Below are positions 43,187 to 57,299 of a stretch of DNA of 64,000 bases, one piece after another. The DNA is from Eledone cirrhosa (Eukaryota), in the NCBI GenBank assembly GCA_964016885.1, contig OZ024741.1, positions 67,704,001 through 67,768,000 of the forward strand, in the 5' to 3' direction. Position numbers and translations under genes: made by a program. The stretch's first letter is position 1; each line of letters starts with the position of its first letter. A model generated the notes under the pieces. That model made no database searches. It had not been told where the DNA came from and saw nothing but the letters and a program-made list of their open reading frames with translations.

Positions 43187-43956
43187 ATGCGAGAATGAAG
43201 AGAATATACAGGCATGAAAGGAATATACAGGCTACTATATGAAGTAGTAATGGCATTCAGTTAGAACAATAACAACAATTACAACAATGCTATTAATAAA
43301 TTATTTGAGGAGACCCTGACATTACATTAGGTGGGGGGTATAGTGTATCTAAGATTTCGGCGTGTAAAACTAGCTGACATGAAGCAGAAGTAAAAGTTTG
43401 GCATGTACGGAGTATCGCAGGGTGTATTGTATCAATTTTAAATTTTAAAGATAAGCCGGTGTTTACAGTCTTTCTTTTCATCTTCAATAACATACATGAA
43501 TGGGACAACACTGTCAAAGCTAAATAGTGGGCGAGTTAATACAGAGGTTAAGGAGGTAATATACATATATATATACACACACATATACACACACACATAC
43601 ACACACATATACATATATATATATACACACGCATGCGTACATAGACACATACATACACATCTATATACACTCGTACAAAAATATACATACATGCAAAGAG
43701 ATAAGCGTGCTGATTGTAATTATGGCAAAAGGAAGGTAAAGTTACATTGTAGTAGTGATTTGAGAAATACTTGGATTTAGGATCAAGTGATGGCAGCAGC
43801 TGAGAAGGAATAAGTTTATGGGTTGATGAGGTACTTACAGACATTTGTGTGGTAAAGACCTGTGAAGGCTAGAGTGTACTTAATGAGTATATTTCTGTGG
43901 TGATTTGTGCAGGGTAGTGGGTATCCTAGTTTAAAGCTATGTTGTGTTGGTTCGAT

Positions 43957-45198
43957 TCACGGAGGTTCGAATCTTATGAATTTAGTGGCAATTCTATGTC
44001 TGCAGAAGATAGATCTTTCTAACTTATTGTTAAGTAGCCTTTTTACATTTTTGAGGATATACATTAGTTCTAGATCACATAGCCAGCAGTGGGACATACC
44101 TGTACTATAGGTTTTAGCAGCCGACAACTTCGACTAGTTAATACTGTAGTTAGTGCTGCTGTCCTTCAGTTCCCATATTTTTTGGCGAGGGTTGTGGAAC
44201 CCATAAGTGCACGGTTTTTCATTGAGTGCCTGTGCACATACCATCTTTTTTTAAAAGAACCCGTGGTGGATCCTATGTAATTTCAGGTGGAGTTATCCGA
44301 GATGACTGTGCACATGTATACTGGGCTCGAATCGAGACATCTGTTCGCCAATGGGCACCTATCTGGTAGGTGACAGTTACAGTTTGAGGCGCTACTTTGT
44401 GCAGCTTCTACACTGCTGTTTAGTACTCTGTTATAAGTGGGTTGTGATATATGCCCATTGGGGTTTTGCTGCTGCGCGTTTGTATGCGCTTGCGGTTGTG
44501 ATGTTGTGATGTGTTTATGCTTATAATTTGGTGCTACGTTATGCATAGGTGCGGTTGATTTACTAGAGATATTTCTGTGGTTGATCCTGCGTATGTGTGA
44601 TTCTATATTTGCTGCTGTCGAGTATGAGAGTTTTATAGTAAATCTATTGAGTATTTTGTGATATCTATGTGAGATAGGGAAGTGTTTATCTATTAGTTTA
44701 AAGAATGTAGAGGGCAGTCTAGTTTTTATAGAGGAGTTGAAGATTGGGTTGAACCATAGGTATTTTCTTTGTCTGTTTCTTCTATTGTTTCTTGGGTTTA
44801 CGTTATTAGTGTTTTGACCGTTTACTCCAGGTGTTACGTGCCTAACCCTATGTCTAGTCCAGCTATTTCTATTATTGTGTGAGCGGTTGGTGTAGTAGTT
44901 ACTAGGATTGTTTACGTTGTCTTTATTCACTATATATTGCAGTTTATCTTTATGACCGGCCCTACGTAATACTGCATTATAATAGTCAGCATGTACGTTA
45001 AAGATTTCTAGGTTAGAGGATAAGCGGGATATTCGGAGGGATATACTACGTGCTATGGATCTAATTATGGATTTGGGGTGGTTTGAGTTGTAACTAATGT
45101 AGGCAAGATTTTCATTATTTTTGTGGAAAGGTTCTATTAAACCCGTATTTAGATTTAGAGTCACATCTAGAAAGTTTACTTTCTTATGGTTCAGTTCA
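43957..45198 (-). pseudogene. PLE RT thumb plus GIY-YIG endonuclease pseudo-ORF
   Basis: VNFLDVTLNL..SNHPKSI..WFNPIFNS..KHFP..NRFTIKLSYS..CNC..CPLANRCL..VYMCTV..*NYIGST..FKKRW..H; after a frameshift, WELK..C.LCD.E..LLNNKLE...CRH. TGA at 44283, frameshift near 44180, one further TAG. Confidence 0.88.
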
Positions 45199-45327
45199 TT
45201 GTATTGGCGATCGAGTAACGTGAAAACAAGCGAATAGCGATCTCTAGACCTACCAGTTCAGAGAAACAATTGTCAGCAATGAGATTAAAAACCTTTTTTG
45301 TATTGCAAACCATGTCAATCTTCTTTC

Positions 45328-45400
<73 letters not shown>

Positions 45401-45416
45401 ATGTATGTATATGTAT

Positions 45417-46099
45417 TATGTCGGGTAACTCTTGAGTGCTACTGGTAACATGTGACCTAGTACAAACAGTCTCATGGTCGGGTCGTCGGCGACTAAACTG
45501 GCAGACCCACCAAGTTTACTTGGTGAGGAGTGTGATTTTCGACACCCTACAGGACAAAAACCAAAACCTGACAAAAGGCGGAATAACTCATAAGAGTCAA
45601 CGGCCATCCTAAAGCGTGTAAATATGTATATATACATATGTATGTACATGTGTATATACATGCGCGGGGATATAGAAATAGTCGGGCTGGACACCTGATC
45701 GCGCGGTTAAACCACTGGGAGTGACGGACCCCTAGCCTTTGTCAGGGCATTCTTCTAGGAAAAGGCAACTGAGGAAACTGGGATAGCTCCGATATAAAAC
45801 CTGCGGCTCAGTAGTTACCGATGATGTTGATCTTTTCTTCTTTTCGGGTTATAGCTACTGTCGCTCAAAGAGTGGGATTGGCTCAGTGCAGTCTTTCCTC
45901 ACTTTAAAAAATATCTTCGCGCACAGGTATTGCACGAAAGAATTAATTAATAATGGTATATCGTGCAATCGCCATACTCGATAACGAGGGGGCAGCCATC
46001 ACGTATATGTATATATGTATATATACATGTATATATACGTGTATATATATGTATATATATGTATATATATGTATATATATATGTATACATAGATATATG

Positions 46100-46132
<33 letters not shown>

Positions 46133-46749
46133 GTATATGGTGGCTGCCAACTCGTTTTCGAGTACGGCCACTACTTTATATCCATGTAGGAGAACTCCTA
46201 CCGATGCCCTGAACAAGTGTGACTTTTTAGTCCAGCCAGCGTATTGAAAACTCTGGTACAAACACTACACTTGTGACAATTATTGACCCATAGTGCTGGG
46301 CCCATGGTACCATGTGACGACAAGTGCAGAGAGATCTCCAGATTTAAAGCAATGCCTGTGCTGTGAAGCTTTTATAGTGAGCAAAGGCACTGCACAAAGC
46401 CAGTCCCACTCTCTTAACCAAGATGATATTTACCAAAAAGAAGAACAAGTCAACATCATTGGATACCATCAGGGTTGCAGGTATTATATCAGAGTTTTCC
46501 TTCTCCTAGAATTCTGCCTTGACAAAGGCTAAGGGGTCATCTCTCCCGGTGATTTTGGATGGCCATTGAATCTTAAGAGCTCCTTTGCCCTTTGACAGGT
46601 TTTGTTTTTAGTCCTGCAGGATGTCCAAAGTCACCCTCGTCACCAAGAAACCTTGGTGGGGTTGCCAGTTTAGTCGCCAACGACCCGACCATGAGACAGG
46701 TTGTACTGGGATACATGTTACCAGTAGCACCAACTGGTGACCTGACATA
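45417..46749. mobile_element. Tail-to-tail pair of related RTE-derived non-coding elements joined at a microsatellite (1.3-kb imperfect palindrome)
   Basis: 45417-45940 is a diverged reverse complement of ~46350-46749. Both inner ends read CGAG..GGCAGCCA(T/C)CA plus microsatellite. CTAGGA(G/A)AAGG..AACT..GATATAA.ACCT resembles RTE 5' UTRs. Confidence 0.65.
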
Positions 46750-47941
46750 TATATATGTATATATATGTATATATATACATATATATATATATATACATAT
46801 ATATATATGTATATATATATACATATATATGTATATATATATATATACACACATATATATATATACATATATATATATATTTATGTGTTTGTGAGTGTGT
46901 ATTTAGATACAACAATAATAATATTAATAATATTTAAGTATCCTCACACGTCTTGTAGCAAGGTCGGCTACATTACATAGACAGTGTTTATATTGAAGAA
47001 AAAACGCAAGTGAAAGTGTAATTACACTTAGTATAAATAATTTTATAATATCCATGAAGGAATGTCAACGAGATGAAACCAGCATATCCCAATTTTATTG
47101 AGCTCCTCTTCTCTTTTTTCTCACTCATGTCTCTCTCTGTCTTTCTCTCTCACTCTCTCTGTCTCTCCCTCTGTCTCTCCCTCTCTCTCTCTTTCTCTCT
47201 GCCTCACTCTTTCTCTCTCTCTCTTCCTCTCGCCATCTCTCTGCTGTCATTTATTGATTTAAAGCTAGGGTATTTTTCGGAAAAATCACTTACCTTTTTC
47301 AAAATGTCCATGACAGAGGCACTGCGCTCTAGAAACTGGTCGACGAGAGGTAGCTCGATAAAGAACGTAATTTATTTGACACCAACATCGATATCAGAAG
47401 AAATAAGCACAACACAACAACAACAATAGAAAACAGCAATAATATCGATAAAATCAGCCACAGTAATAAAAACAGCAATAACATCAATAACAACAGCCAC
47501 AGTAACAAAAACAACGCTGAACAAACGAAAATACCTCTGAGCTGTCACACAAGTTGATAGCTGTAGAGTACAAAAGTTCAATTGCATCCTGCCGTCTTAG
47601 AAAAGGAAGAACATATTGGATGAATTAGTCACAGATATACATAGAATGGAATATTCCCGGGTGGAAATGTTTGCTTGGAGTTCTGATCGTTCAGTGGTGT
47701 TCAATAACAATACGATAATCAGAAGTATTCAGAAAATCGACGTGAAAATACGCGCACGCACACACACGAACACACGCACCAACACACACACACACACACA
47801 TACATACACACACACACACATATATATATTTAATATAGAAATGGCTTCTACAGGACTAGAACTGTTTCATTTGGAGGTCTGCTATGTATTGAGTACCTTA
47901 CTTACTGTGGTGCCCCCCCCCCCCCCGATTGAACCCGGGAT

Positions 47942-47982
<41 letters not shown>

Positions 47983-48562
47983 CACGTTACATTTTAAACA
48001 CAACTGTACCAGAGTTCGTTTGATGAACTATATTAAGGATATTTCGTATTTCATTATTCTTTAGTTATGTTTGATTTGGAACAATAGCGTTTCTAAATCT
48101 ATATGTGCATTAACGGTTTGAAATCTTCACATACCCATCTGCACAATCTGTATGATGATACTTGTAGGGTATGCTTCATATAATTCTTTACGGCTAATGC
48201 TAAGCCCGTGCATAAAATGTCACAATGGCCATTCTGATTCTGAAGACGGCGCTTTGAAAGTCTCGAAACTTTAATACATATATGGCTTTAGGAAATATAT
48301 TGTTCCAAACTAAGAATAAACAACACATAAATGATTAATAAAAATGATAAAACTAGAGTAGTGCCTTGGTTTCAATATGTGCACTGCAATGGATGGTTCC
48401 AATAGTGATTTCCAGGGGTTGAATGAGGAAATGAGACTGTTTCTCTTTTCCTTGCTTTTTTCTATTGTCCTTGACCTGTACGCCCGCTATTTTAAATATT
48501 TATTTATTTATTTAATTGTTCCCACTATATTTAGTATCAAAGCACTGCGATTATCAGATAAA

Positions 48563-48872
48563 TAATTGTTTCTACTTTTGGCACACGGCCAGCAATGGCC
48601 AGTACATTACTGGTACTTTATTTTATCGACCCCGTAAGGATGAAAGGCAAAGTTAACCTCAGCAGGATTTGAACTCAAACCGTAAAGGGACGTAACTATG
48701 CTGGAAAGCATGACGTCCGACTCTCTACGGATACTGCCAATTCACCGAGATAAATAATTGTTTCTACTTTTGGCACAAGGCCAGCAATTACCCAGTGTAT
48801 TACTGATACTTTATTTTATCGACCCCGTAAGGATGAAAGGCAAAGTTAACCTCGGCGGGATTTGAACTCAGA
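48563..48872 (-). mobile_element. Two tandem SINE family 1 copies
   Basis: Near-full copy at 48563-48748 followed by a 5'-truncated copy; the flank AGATAAATAATTG is repeated. Confidence 0.88.
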
Positions 48873-50092
48873 ATGGCAATGGCATTTGGTATTGTGCAGT
48901 GTACGTTTTATTTTACATCCATCATTGTGGGTTTGTACTTTTCACATCTTCATTCTGTCAGTTGATCTCTCTCTCTCTCTCTCTCTCTCTAACTCTCTCT
49001 CTTCATGGCTCTTTATTTCATGGGTTAGATAATGCTAGTACTATTTTGCTTAGATGTTCACTATTAATGTTTCTGTGAGGGCAGTGTATTGGCAATATTG
49101 GTAGAAATTGAACATTTAATTAGGTCTCTTTAAGTTCTGAGTTCAAATTCCACTGAGGTAAACTTCGTTTTCTATCCTACCGAATTAGATAAGATAACAT
49201 ACCAGGCATGTACTGAACGTTGGCTTAATCCACTTTCTTCCCGCCTAAATTTGCTGGTTTTGAGCCAAAATTAGAAATAATTATTAATGGTTTTGTATCA
49301 CTAGTGTTGTTTTGATATTTGTGATTGTATTTTTACACGTTTAAACGTTTGTCGGTCAAACAGTTTACTTAACAACATCAGACCAACATCATCACTACTA
49401 ATAACACTAATACCATCCTAACACCATAACAGATGTGATTACCACAATTATCAGTATGCATACAAAACTGAAATTCTCACGCCACCAACATGGTCACTAC
49501 GACGCCTGTATTCCTATTCTAATTACCTTTTCTGGAAAGTTTAACGAAGTAGCTAGAGGCATCCACTCACGTATTTCCTGATGCTCTAACAAGGAGAGAT
49601 CGACTGCAAGAACGAGAAGGAATAATAATAACAATAACAATAATAATAAAAATAATAATGATTAGGATGTTGATGCGGATGGTGAGAATGTTGATGATAA
49701 TAACAATCATAATTACGATGATGATGATAAACATTTTAATGATTTCAGACATTACCAGAAACCAATTAATTTGTAGTAGCGATGCTGTATTAACAGTTGA
49801 CTTTAATGTCGTAAACTAGAAGTGCTAGCCAACGTTGCCCGGGAGGCGTCTATCAAGGATTTCTCTTTTATAATTTTATCAAACTTAAACAAACAAAAGT
49901 GTAGTTTTTATGGAGATGTTTACAAACACAAATGAACAAACATACACTTACTGTCTCAGTGATACAAACAAATTGGTTTGCAACTGTAGGTGTATAAATA
50001 TGTCAACATGAATGGACCTGTTATTTTATCTAAAGACATTTTTTCCAATTCAAACCCACCCGTCCCCTCAATCTATCTTATTTCTCATTCTT

Positions 50093-50128
50093 TTTTCTGA
50101 TGAAGGACTAGCACCTGAAACGTTAAGA
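50093..50128 (+). ncRNA. Minimal (dimer-type) hammerhead motif in a PLE pLTR remnant (50080-50212)
   Basis: TTTT-CTGATGA-AGG(actagca)CCT-GAAACGTT-AAGA, containing the AACGTT palindrome; the module ends at (TA)n. Confidence 0.7.
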
Positions 50129-50865
50129 CCCTCTTCCTGCTATATCAAGCCTTAACCTAATATATCCTTTCCATATACTGTACCGATTGTGTTATTTTTG
50201 TTTACCTTTAACATATATATATATATATATATAATCCGTGTTGGTTGATCCTAGCAATTCACCTAGCTATAGAGTATCAAGCATAAGTACTCCGCATTGC
50301 TTATTATGTGTATGGCATCATACGGAGTATCCATATTAAGAAAGAGATGGTTTTAGGTATTCAACTTCAGTTTATTATCTTACGTCACACATGTTGTGTA
50401 CATTCCAAAGGCATTAAAATGTCATTATGGAATAGTTATTTAATGTGTTGTCATCAGATAATATAAAATGATGAAAATGTCAACAATGTTTTGGTTGGAG
50501 TTTTGATATGCCCGCTGCTGAAGGAATAATGCTGATTCGAGTTAATATATGAGAATAGGTTATTATCATTAAGAATATTATAATTATGTCTTTCTTTCGT
50601 TGTTGATAAATAAAATACCAACCTATGGACGGTGGAGTGGCGGAAATGGTAAAAAGTGCTAAAGGATGCTTTATGGTATTTTTGGGTACTGTGCTGTCTG
50701 AGTTAAAATGTCAACTCCTGTCACCGGAAAAGCGTTGGCGCTTCTGTCAAGTGTTGCGACCATCTTATAGTATTAGCAATTGAAAGACTTGTAAAAATAT
50801 ACTTGCTTTGGTCTGACCTGACTATCGGCTCGTCCGTTTCCTTTTTTTATATTACTATGATTAAC

Positions 50866-51320
50866 GGCAGCGGATTGGGTGAGTCAATTGAGCATCAAGC
50901 AAATGATTAGTATTATTTGTTCTGTCTCTTAACGTTGTGAGTTCAAATCCCGCCTAGGTTAGCTTTGCCTTTCATCCTTACGGTGTCGATAAAATAAGGC
51001 ACCAGTAACGTACTGGGATCGATCTAATCGACTTTTCCCTCCACCAAAACAACGTTGGACTTGTGGTTAATTCAGGAACCAATATCATTCTGATTAAAGG
51101 CAGCGGATTGGTAGAGTCAGTGGAGCGTCGGACAAATGATTAGTATTATTTGTTTTGACTATTTATGTTCTGAGTTCAAGTCCCACCGAGGTTAACTATG
51201 CATTTCACTTTTTCGAGATCGATAATATAAAATGCCAGTTAAATACTGTGGTCGATAAAATTGGCTTCCCGTTATTCTAGAGAAAATGGTGGATTCCTGC
51301 CAAATTAGAAATCTGTATAA
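50866..51320 (+). mobile_element. Two tandem SINE family 1 variants
   Basis: The head GGCAGCGGATTGG..GAGTCA.T.GAGC.TC is repeated at 50867 and 51099; B-box and core present. Confidence 0.75.
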
Positions 51321-51452
51321 ATATGATTATCATAATGCATCAAAAGAAGAAAATGATGATCGAGATGATGATAATTACGAGGGTGATGAAATTATTTAAT
51401 GATTATTCTTGAGTGTGTATTGCGGGCGAGGAGAAGCGTTGGAAAGTATGCT

Positions 51453-51507
<55 letters not shown>

Positions 51508-51513
51508 TATATA

Positions 51514-51713
51514 NNNNNNNNNNNNNNNNNNNNNNNNNNNNNNNNNNNNNNNNNNNNNNNNNNNNNNNNNNNNNNNNNNNNNNNNNNNNNNNNNNNNNNN
51601 NNNNNNNNNNNNNNNNNNNNNNNNNNNNNNNNNNNNNNNNNNNNNNNNNNNNNNNNNNNNNNNNNNNNNNNNNNNNNNNNNNNNNNNNNNNNNNNNNNNN
51701 NNNNNNNNNNNNN
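51514..51713. other. Assembly gap (200 N) at a (TA)n array
   Basis: Run of N. Confidence 1.
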
Positions 51714-52456
51714 GGAATGATTGTGTTTAGTATGTGTGTGTTTGCATTAAGTGATTCTTTTATGTGTGCCTGTAAGGACACATTTACACATTGACATGTG
51801 TTGCAAGTTTACGCATGTATGCTTGTATGCACCTGTGTGAGTACGTGTCTGTGTGCGTGTGTATGCTTGTACACAAAAAGTAAACATTATAGATCATATA
51901 TATATATTTGTGTAGGCTCTCATGCGTAGATATATGTAAAATTCCTTGTGTCTGTGTGTAGATGCATGTGCGTGTGCCTCTATATGTAACAGTGTTGATG
52001 TATTTCTATGTATGAATGTGTGTGGATGTATGTATACTTCACTATGTGTGTTTGTAAATAAGCAAAGACATGCACAGGCATGACTTAGCACGTGCATGTT
52101 GTGTGTGCGTATACGTGTATTTGTATACATGGTTACATGTGTGCGCGTTGTATGTGTTTGTTGTGTCAGTATGCTGTACTGTGTGTGTATGTGCATATTA
52201 TAGTTGTCTGTACATGTTGCCCTGTACATGTTGCCCCATGTGTTATGTATATTATGGGATATATTTGGTGTAATCTTTTAATGTCATTAAATATGTACGA
52301 TACACAAACACACAAACACATACACACACATATATACACACAAACACACATATTATATATATATGACATTCGATTGCCTTAACTTAAACACAAACAATTC
52401 TACACCTAAACTCATGCTAGCCTCGAACTCAAGCAGATGCTAACCATAATCCAACA

Positions 52457-52501
<45 letters not shown>

Positions 52502-52770
52502 TGTGTGTGTGTATGTGTGTATGTGTGTATGTGTGTGTGTGTGTGTGTGTGTATGCGTGCGTGCGTGTATGTGTGCGCGTGTGTATGTGTATAGCTGGTT
52601 TGTAAATGCACGGTTGTAGAAAACTATGTATAAATGTGTTAGTAAGTATTTCTGTATATACAAGAATGTGTGTGCAGGTGGTTGCTTTTGCATGTGCATG
52701 TGTGTAGAGGCATACGTGTATGCGTGTGTGTGTAACTATACGTAATTTATATGCGTTTAACTGCATATTC

Positions 52771-52815
<45 letters not shown>

Positions 52816-53344
52816 ATAAAAATAATGTTCGCTCTACATGGCTGAATACAATAAATGTAATCTGAGTTTTTCGAATATTACTAATAATATTCGATTCGTT
52901 TGCAATTATGCAAACAAGCCTCAATTTTATAGCCATGTCAGTAGAATGAACCCTTCATTCTTGCTCTTCTAACATGGCTATAAAATTGAGGCTTGTTTGC
53001 ATAATTGCAAACGAATCGAATGTTATTAATATTTGAAAAACTCAGATTACATTTATATAGTTGTATGTTTGTAGGGACGTACAAAAATGTTGTATACATG
53101 GTGTATGTTTGTGCATACATCTTCTGTGGCACTGTGAAACGAAAGTTTTCTCACGCATGCGCAACTACGAAACAGCACGATATATTGCAAAGTTGGGTGA
53201 CGAAGGAGAGAAGGGGTGACCCGGTCAGCCAGGCAGCCAGACTATAAATGTGAAGAGAGAGAAGGAGAGAGGGTGAAGTTATAATCATATACACTCAGTT
53301 ATCAATATTGAGTTTTGACTCCCTAGTGGAATACCTAAATCACA

Positions 53345-53505
<161 letters not shown>

Positions 53506-53589
53506 CCCACTCTCAAGCGTGAAACTAATACTAATATCATTTGTACTGCCTCTTCGTTTTTCTGTTTTTTGTTCTCTGTTTATTTATTA

Positions 53590-53665
<76 letters not shown>

Positions 53666-53669
<4 letters not shown>

Positions 53670-53864
53670 ATGTTTCACACCGGCGGCAGAGCTCATGCTG
53701 TTTTCGACGGCTATTTCTGGACGGCTAGGTCCAGAAATACCCGTCGAAACGGCTTGAGCTCTGCCGCCGTGGTTAAACATTTTCCTATTACCCACTCTAC
53801 TACCCTAAGTATTGAGTACTGCGGAGCGTTATGGTCCATCTGGTTCCTAACCACACCTCCTTCG

Positions 53865-53865
<1 letters not shown>
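53666..53865 (+). mobile_element. Family A module
   Basis: Hairpin plus tail between (TA)n arrays; same subtype as 19706. Confidence 0.9.
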
Positions 53866-53946
<81 letters not shown>

Positions 53947-54499
53947 CGTGTGTGTATGTGTGTATATATATACACGTACATATATGGAGGGATGTGTTGC
54001 TGTTGTGATGCTGTTGTGTATGTGTGTGTGTTTCAATGACCCATAAGGTAATGGTTCACCAGAAAAGAGATCAATAGAATAACTACTAGAGTATAACAAA
54101 TCCTACTACTGTCCACATCTAATGGCTGAAACCTGTAAGAGGAATAATATACTATGTATATGTATCAAGTTACACATACAGAGTGAGTCAGATAGATAGA
54201 TAGATAGACATATAGATATATTTCTTTATTAGCCACAAGGGCGCACAAGAAAAGGGGACAATACAAAGGCATGCCGGGGATTTTACATACAGTCGTGTAA
54301 AATATATAAAAACAAACAATTACAACAATCGAAATCCCCAATAGGGGGGAGGCGCCACAAATGGGTTGTTTAATACCCCGTCGATAGAACAACCCTCAAC
54401 TCGAGGAGCGTGTTGTGCAAGTGCTCCTTTCTTCCTTTTGCTCTCTTCTTCAACCTACAGGCTTATAAACAGAGAAGGCCCAATCACTCGGACCATTAC

Positions 54500-54543
<44 letters not shown>

Positions 54544-54823
54544 TTCTTTATTGGCCACAGGGACGTAAAAAAATGCGACATTACAAGACGTGACGTCGGA
54601 GGTTTTACATAAAATCTTATAGATAGGTAGATTGGTAGATAGGTAGATAGATAGAGAGTTAGAGAGATAGACAGGTAGTGAGATAGACAGGTAGATAGAT
54701 ATGTTTCTTCATTAGCCACAGGGGCACAAAAGAAGGGAACAATACAAAGCGGGAAGTTTACATACAATAAAAACGTGTATGATACTATCACATCACAATA
54801 GATAGATAGAGATAGACAGGTAT

Positions 54824-54898
<75 letters not shown>

Positions 54899-55189
54899 TT
54901 GGGGAGGGGGGTGCAAATAGAGAGAGAAGGCAAAGAGAGAGAGGGAGAGAGAAAGAGAGAGGGTGATAGAACGAGATGGAGAATGGTATTTTCTTCAGGT
55001 GTGCATGTTTGGGCATGCATGCATACATTAATGCACATTCTCTCTGAATTAATAGAGAAAATCCCACTGCTTCAACTACTGCTGTCTTATGTTGCAGCCG
55101 CTGCTGCTGTCGTTTTGCAGCTGCTTCTACTTCTTTTCCATTTCGTTGTGTTGATACTTCTGCTGTTGTGGTTGTTGTGCTGTTGTTGT

Positions 55190-56305
55190 AATGAGTGTAG
55201 TGTTGTTATGGTTGTGATGTTGCTGTAGTAGTTGTATTACTGTTGTGGCTGTTGTGATGTTGCTGTGGTAGTTGTATTACTGTTGTGGTTGTTGTGATGT
55301 TGCTGTAGTAGATTGTATTGCTGTTGTGGTTGTTGTGATGTTGATGTAGTAGTTCTATTGCTGTTGTAGTTGTTGTGTTGTTGTTGTGGTGGTTGTATTG
55401 CTGTTGTGGTTGTTGTGATGTTGCTGTAGTAGTTATATTGCTGTTGTAGTTGTGTTGTTGTGGTGGTGGTTGTATTGCTATTATGGTTGTTGTGCTGTTG
55501 TTGTAGTGGTTGTATTGCTGTTGTTGTGTTGTTGTTGTGGTGGTTGTATTGCTATTATGGTTGTTGTGCTGTTGTTGTAGTGGTTGTATTGCTGTTGTTG
55601 TTGTGTTGTTGCTGTAGTCGTATTGCTGTTGTTGTTGTGCTGTTGCTGTGCTGTTGCTGTGCTGTTGCTGTAGTAGTTCTTTTGCTGTTGTTGTTTTGCT
55701 GTTGCTGTAGAAATTGCGTTGCTGTTGTGGTTGTGTTGTTGTTGTTGTTGTTGTTGTAGTTCTTTTGCTGTTGTAGTTGTTGTGTTGTTGCTGTAGTCGT
55801 ATTGCTGTTGTTGTTGTGCTGTTGCTGTGCTGTTGCTGTAGTAGTTCTTTTGCTGTTGAGGTTGTGCTGTTGCTGTAGTAACTGTGTTTCTGTTGTGGTT
55901 GTTGCGTTGTTGTTATGGTTGATGTATCTTTGTTATTGTTGTCTTTATGTTATGATTGTTGTATTACTGTTGTGGTTGTTGTGATGTTGATATAGTAGTT
56001 GTATTTATATTGTAGTTGCTGTAGTTGTGCTGTTATTGCGGTCATTTTATTGTTGTTATGATTGTTGTGCTACTGCTGTGATTGTGGTGGTTGTGTTGCT
56101 GAAGTTGTTTTTGTGTGTCTGTTGTGCTGTTGTTACTGTTGTGGATGTTGAGGTGCTGTTGTGCTAGTTGTTCTGCTCTTCTTGTTGTGGCTGTGGTTGT
56201 TTTGTGGCTTTTGTTGTTACTGTGTTGTTGTTGTAGTTGTTGTGTTGTTATTGCTGTTGTGTAAGTTGTACTGCTCTTTGGGTTGTTGTGTTGTTGGTGA
56301 TGTTA
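55190..56305 (+). repeat. Degenerate (GTT/GCT)n low-complexity tract with ~33-bp sub-periodicity
   Basis: Directly visible. Confidence 0.9.
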
Positions 56306-57299
56306 TTTAACATTTGCCTCAGGCCTGATTTAGTAGCCAGAGGCTTTCCTTTCTTGATCAATGGTTTTCCTCGTGTATTTTTAAAAAATCTAGATTACCT
56401 TGATTAATTAAGATGCCATTTCTTTTTTATAGAGAGTGTAAGAATATCGTTTACGATTTTGCTTATTAGATCTAGCAGATTGAGGGATGCGACTTAGGCT
56501 TCCACAGTCCCTGATCAGGTCTTGATTATATACATGAGATTAAAATCATTCCATTGGTGACACTCCCATATTTTTCTGCAAAGTATAATTTGTCTTGGAT
56601 TACATTATCTAATCTTTACCTGTATTATTAATATAGTGGCTTCTACTTGAGGGGGATTTAGCTGCTATTCGTTGCATGTCGGTCAAACACAACGGGGCTT
56701 CCTTTTTTATTCGCTTTGATGGCATTGCTGTTAATGTTATGTTGTCGTTTGAATCACATTTATAAAAGAAAGGAGAGACAAAACAGGATGTCGCGTCTGC
56801 AATACGTTTGAAAAGGAATCTATTGAATCAGGGGTGATCAGAGACTAAACAACAACGGCATTGATTGTCACCTGTCAAATTTCCAGGATCGATGGTTTTA
56901 AACAATACATTCGATCAATTATGGACTATGCTAATCCTAGAGGAAAACTGCAATAAACTAAGAACACAAAAGCGCACAGTATATCATAACATATAATCCA
57001 AAGGCGATAGTTAGAAACAAAGTAAATAATAGTAAAATTGAAAGACACCTTGACATTGGGAACACAGTTTGCAGTACAATGCTTGTCGCTACACATACCC
57101 AGGCGCTTAAAGAAAAACTGCCAGCACATCTAAAGCAGTATTTTACATAGAAATGTAAACAGCATTTCTACAACAGTATCTTACACCTTCAAACACAAAC
57201 AAAAACAACCGCACTTCTAGAAATGTGTCTTACACTTAGAAATATAAACAAAGCTCCACAGTACTTCTACATCTGTATCATACAAAAATGATATCCTCC

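Larger units (their letters stand above)
42854..45331 (-). mobile_element. 5'-truncated Penelope-like element (Naiad-like) with inverted partial pLTR, inserted in (TA)n
   Basis: RT end plus GIY-YIG pseudo-ORF; 45199-45332 is the reverse complement of 43026-43159; (TA)n on both flanks. Confidence 0.88.

Noticed and set aside
44283-44285. In-frame TGA in the Naiad-like ORF as selenocysteine (some Naiads encode selenoproteins)
   Set aside because: It lies just before YIG, not at an evident Cys position. The copy also has a frameshift and a TAG, and no SECIS-like AUGA/GA stem was seen just after the stop. A SECIS search on intact copies would settle it.
48236-48290. CTGAAGA..GAAA hammerhead-like motif
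   Set aside because: Stems I and III do not pair convincingly.
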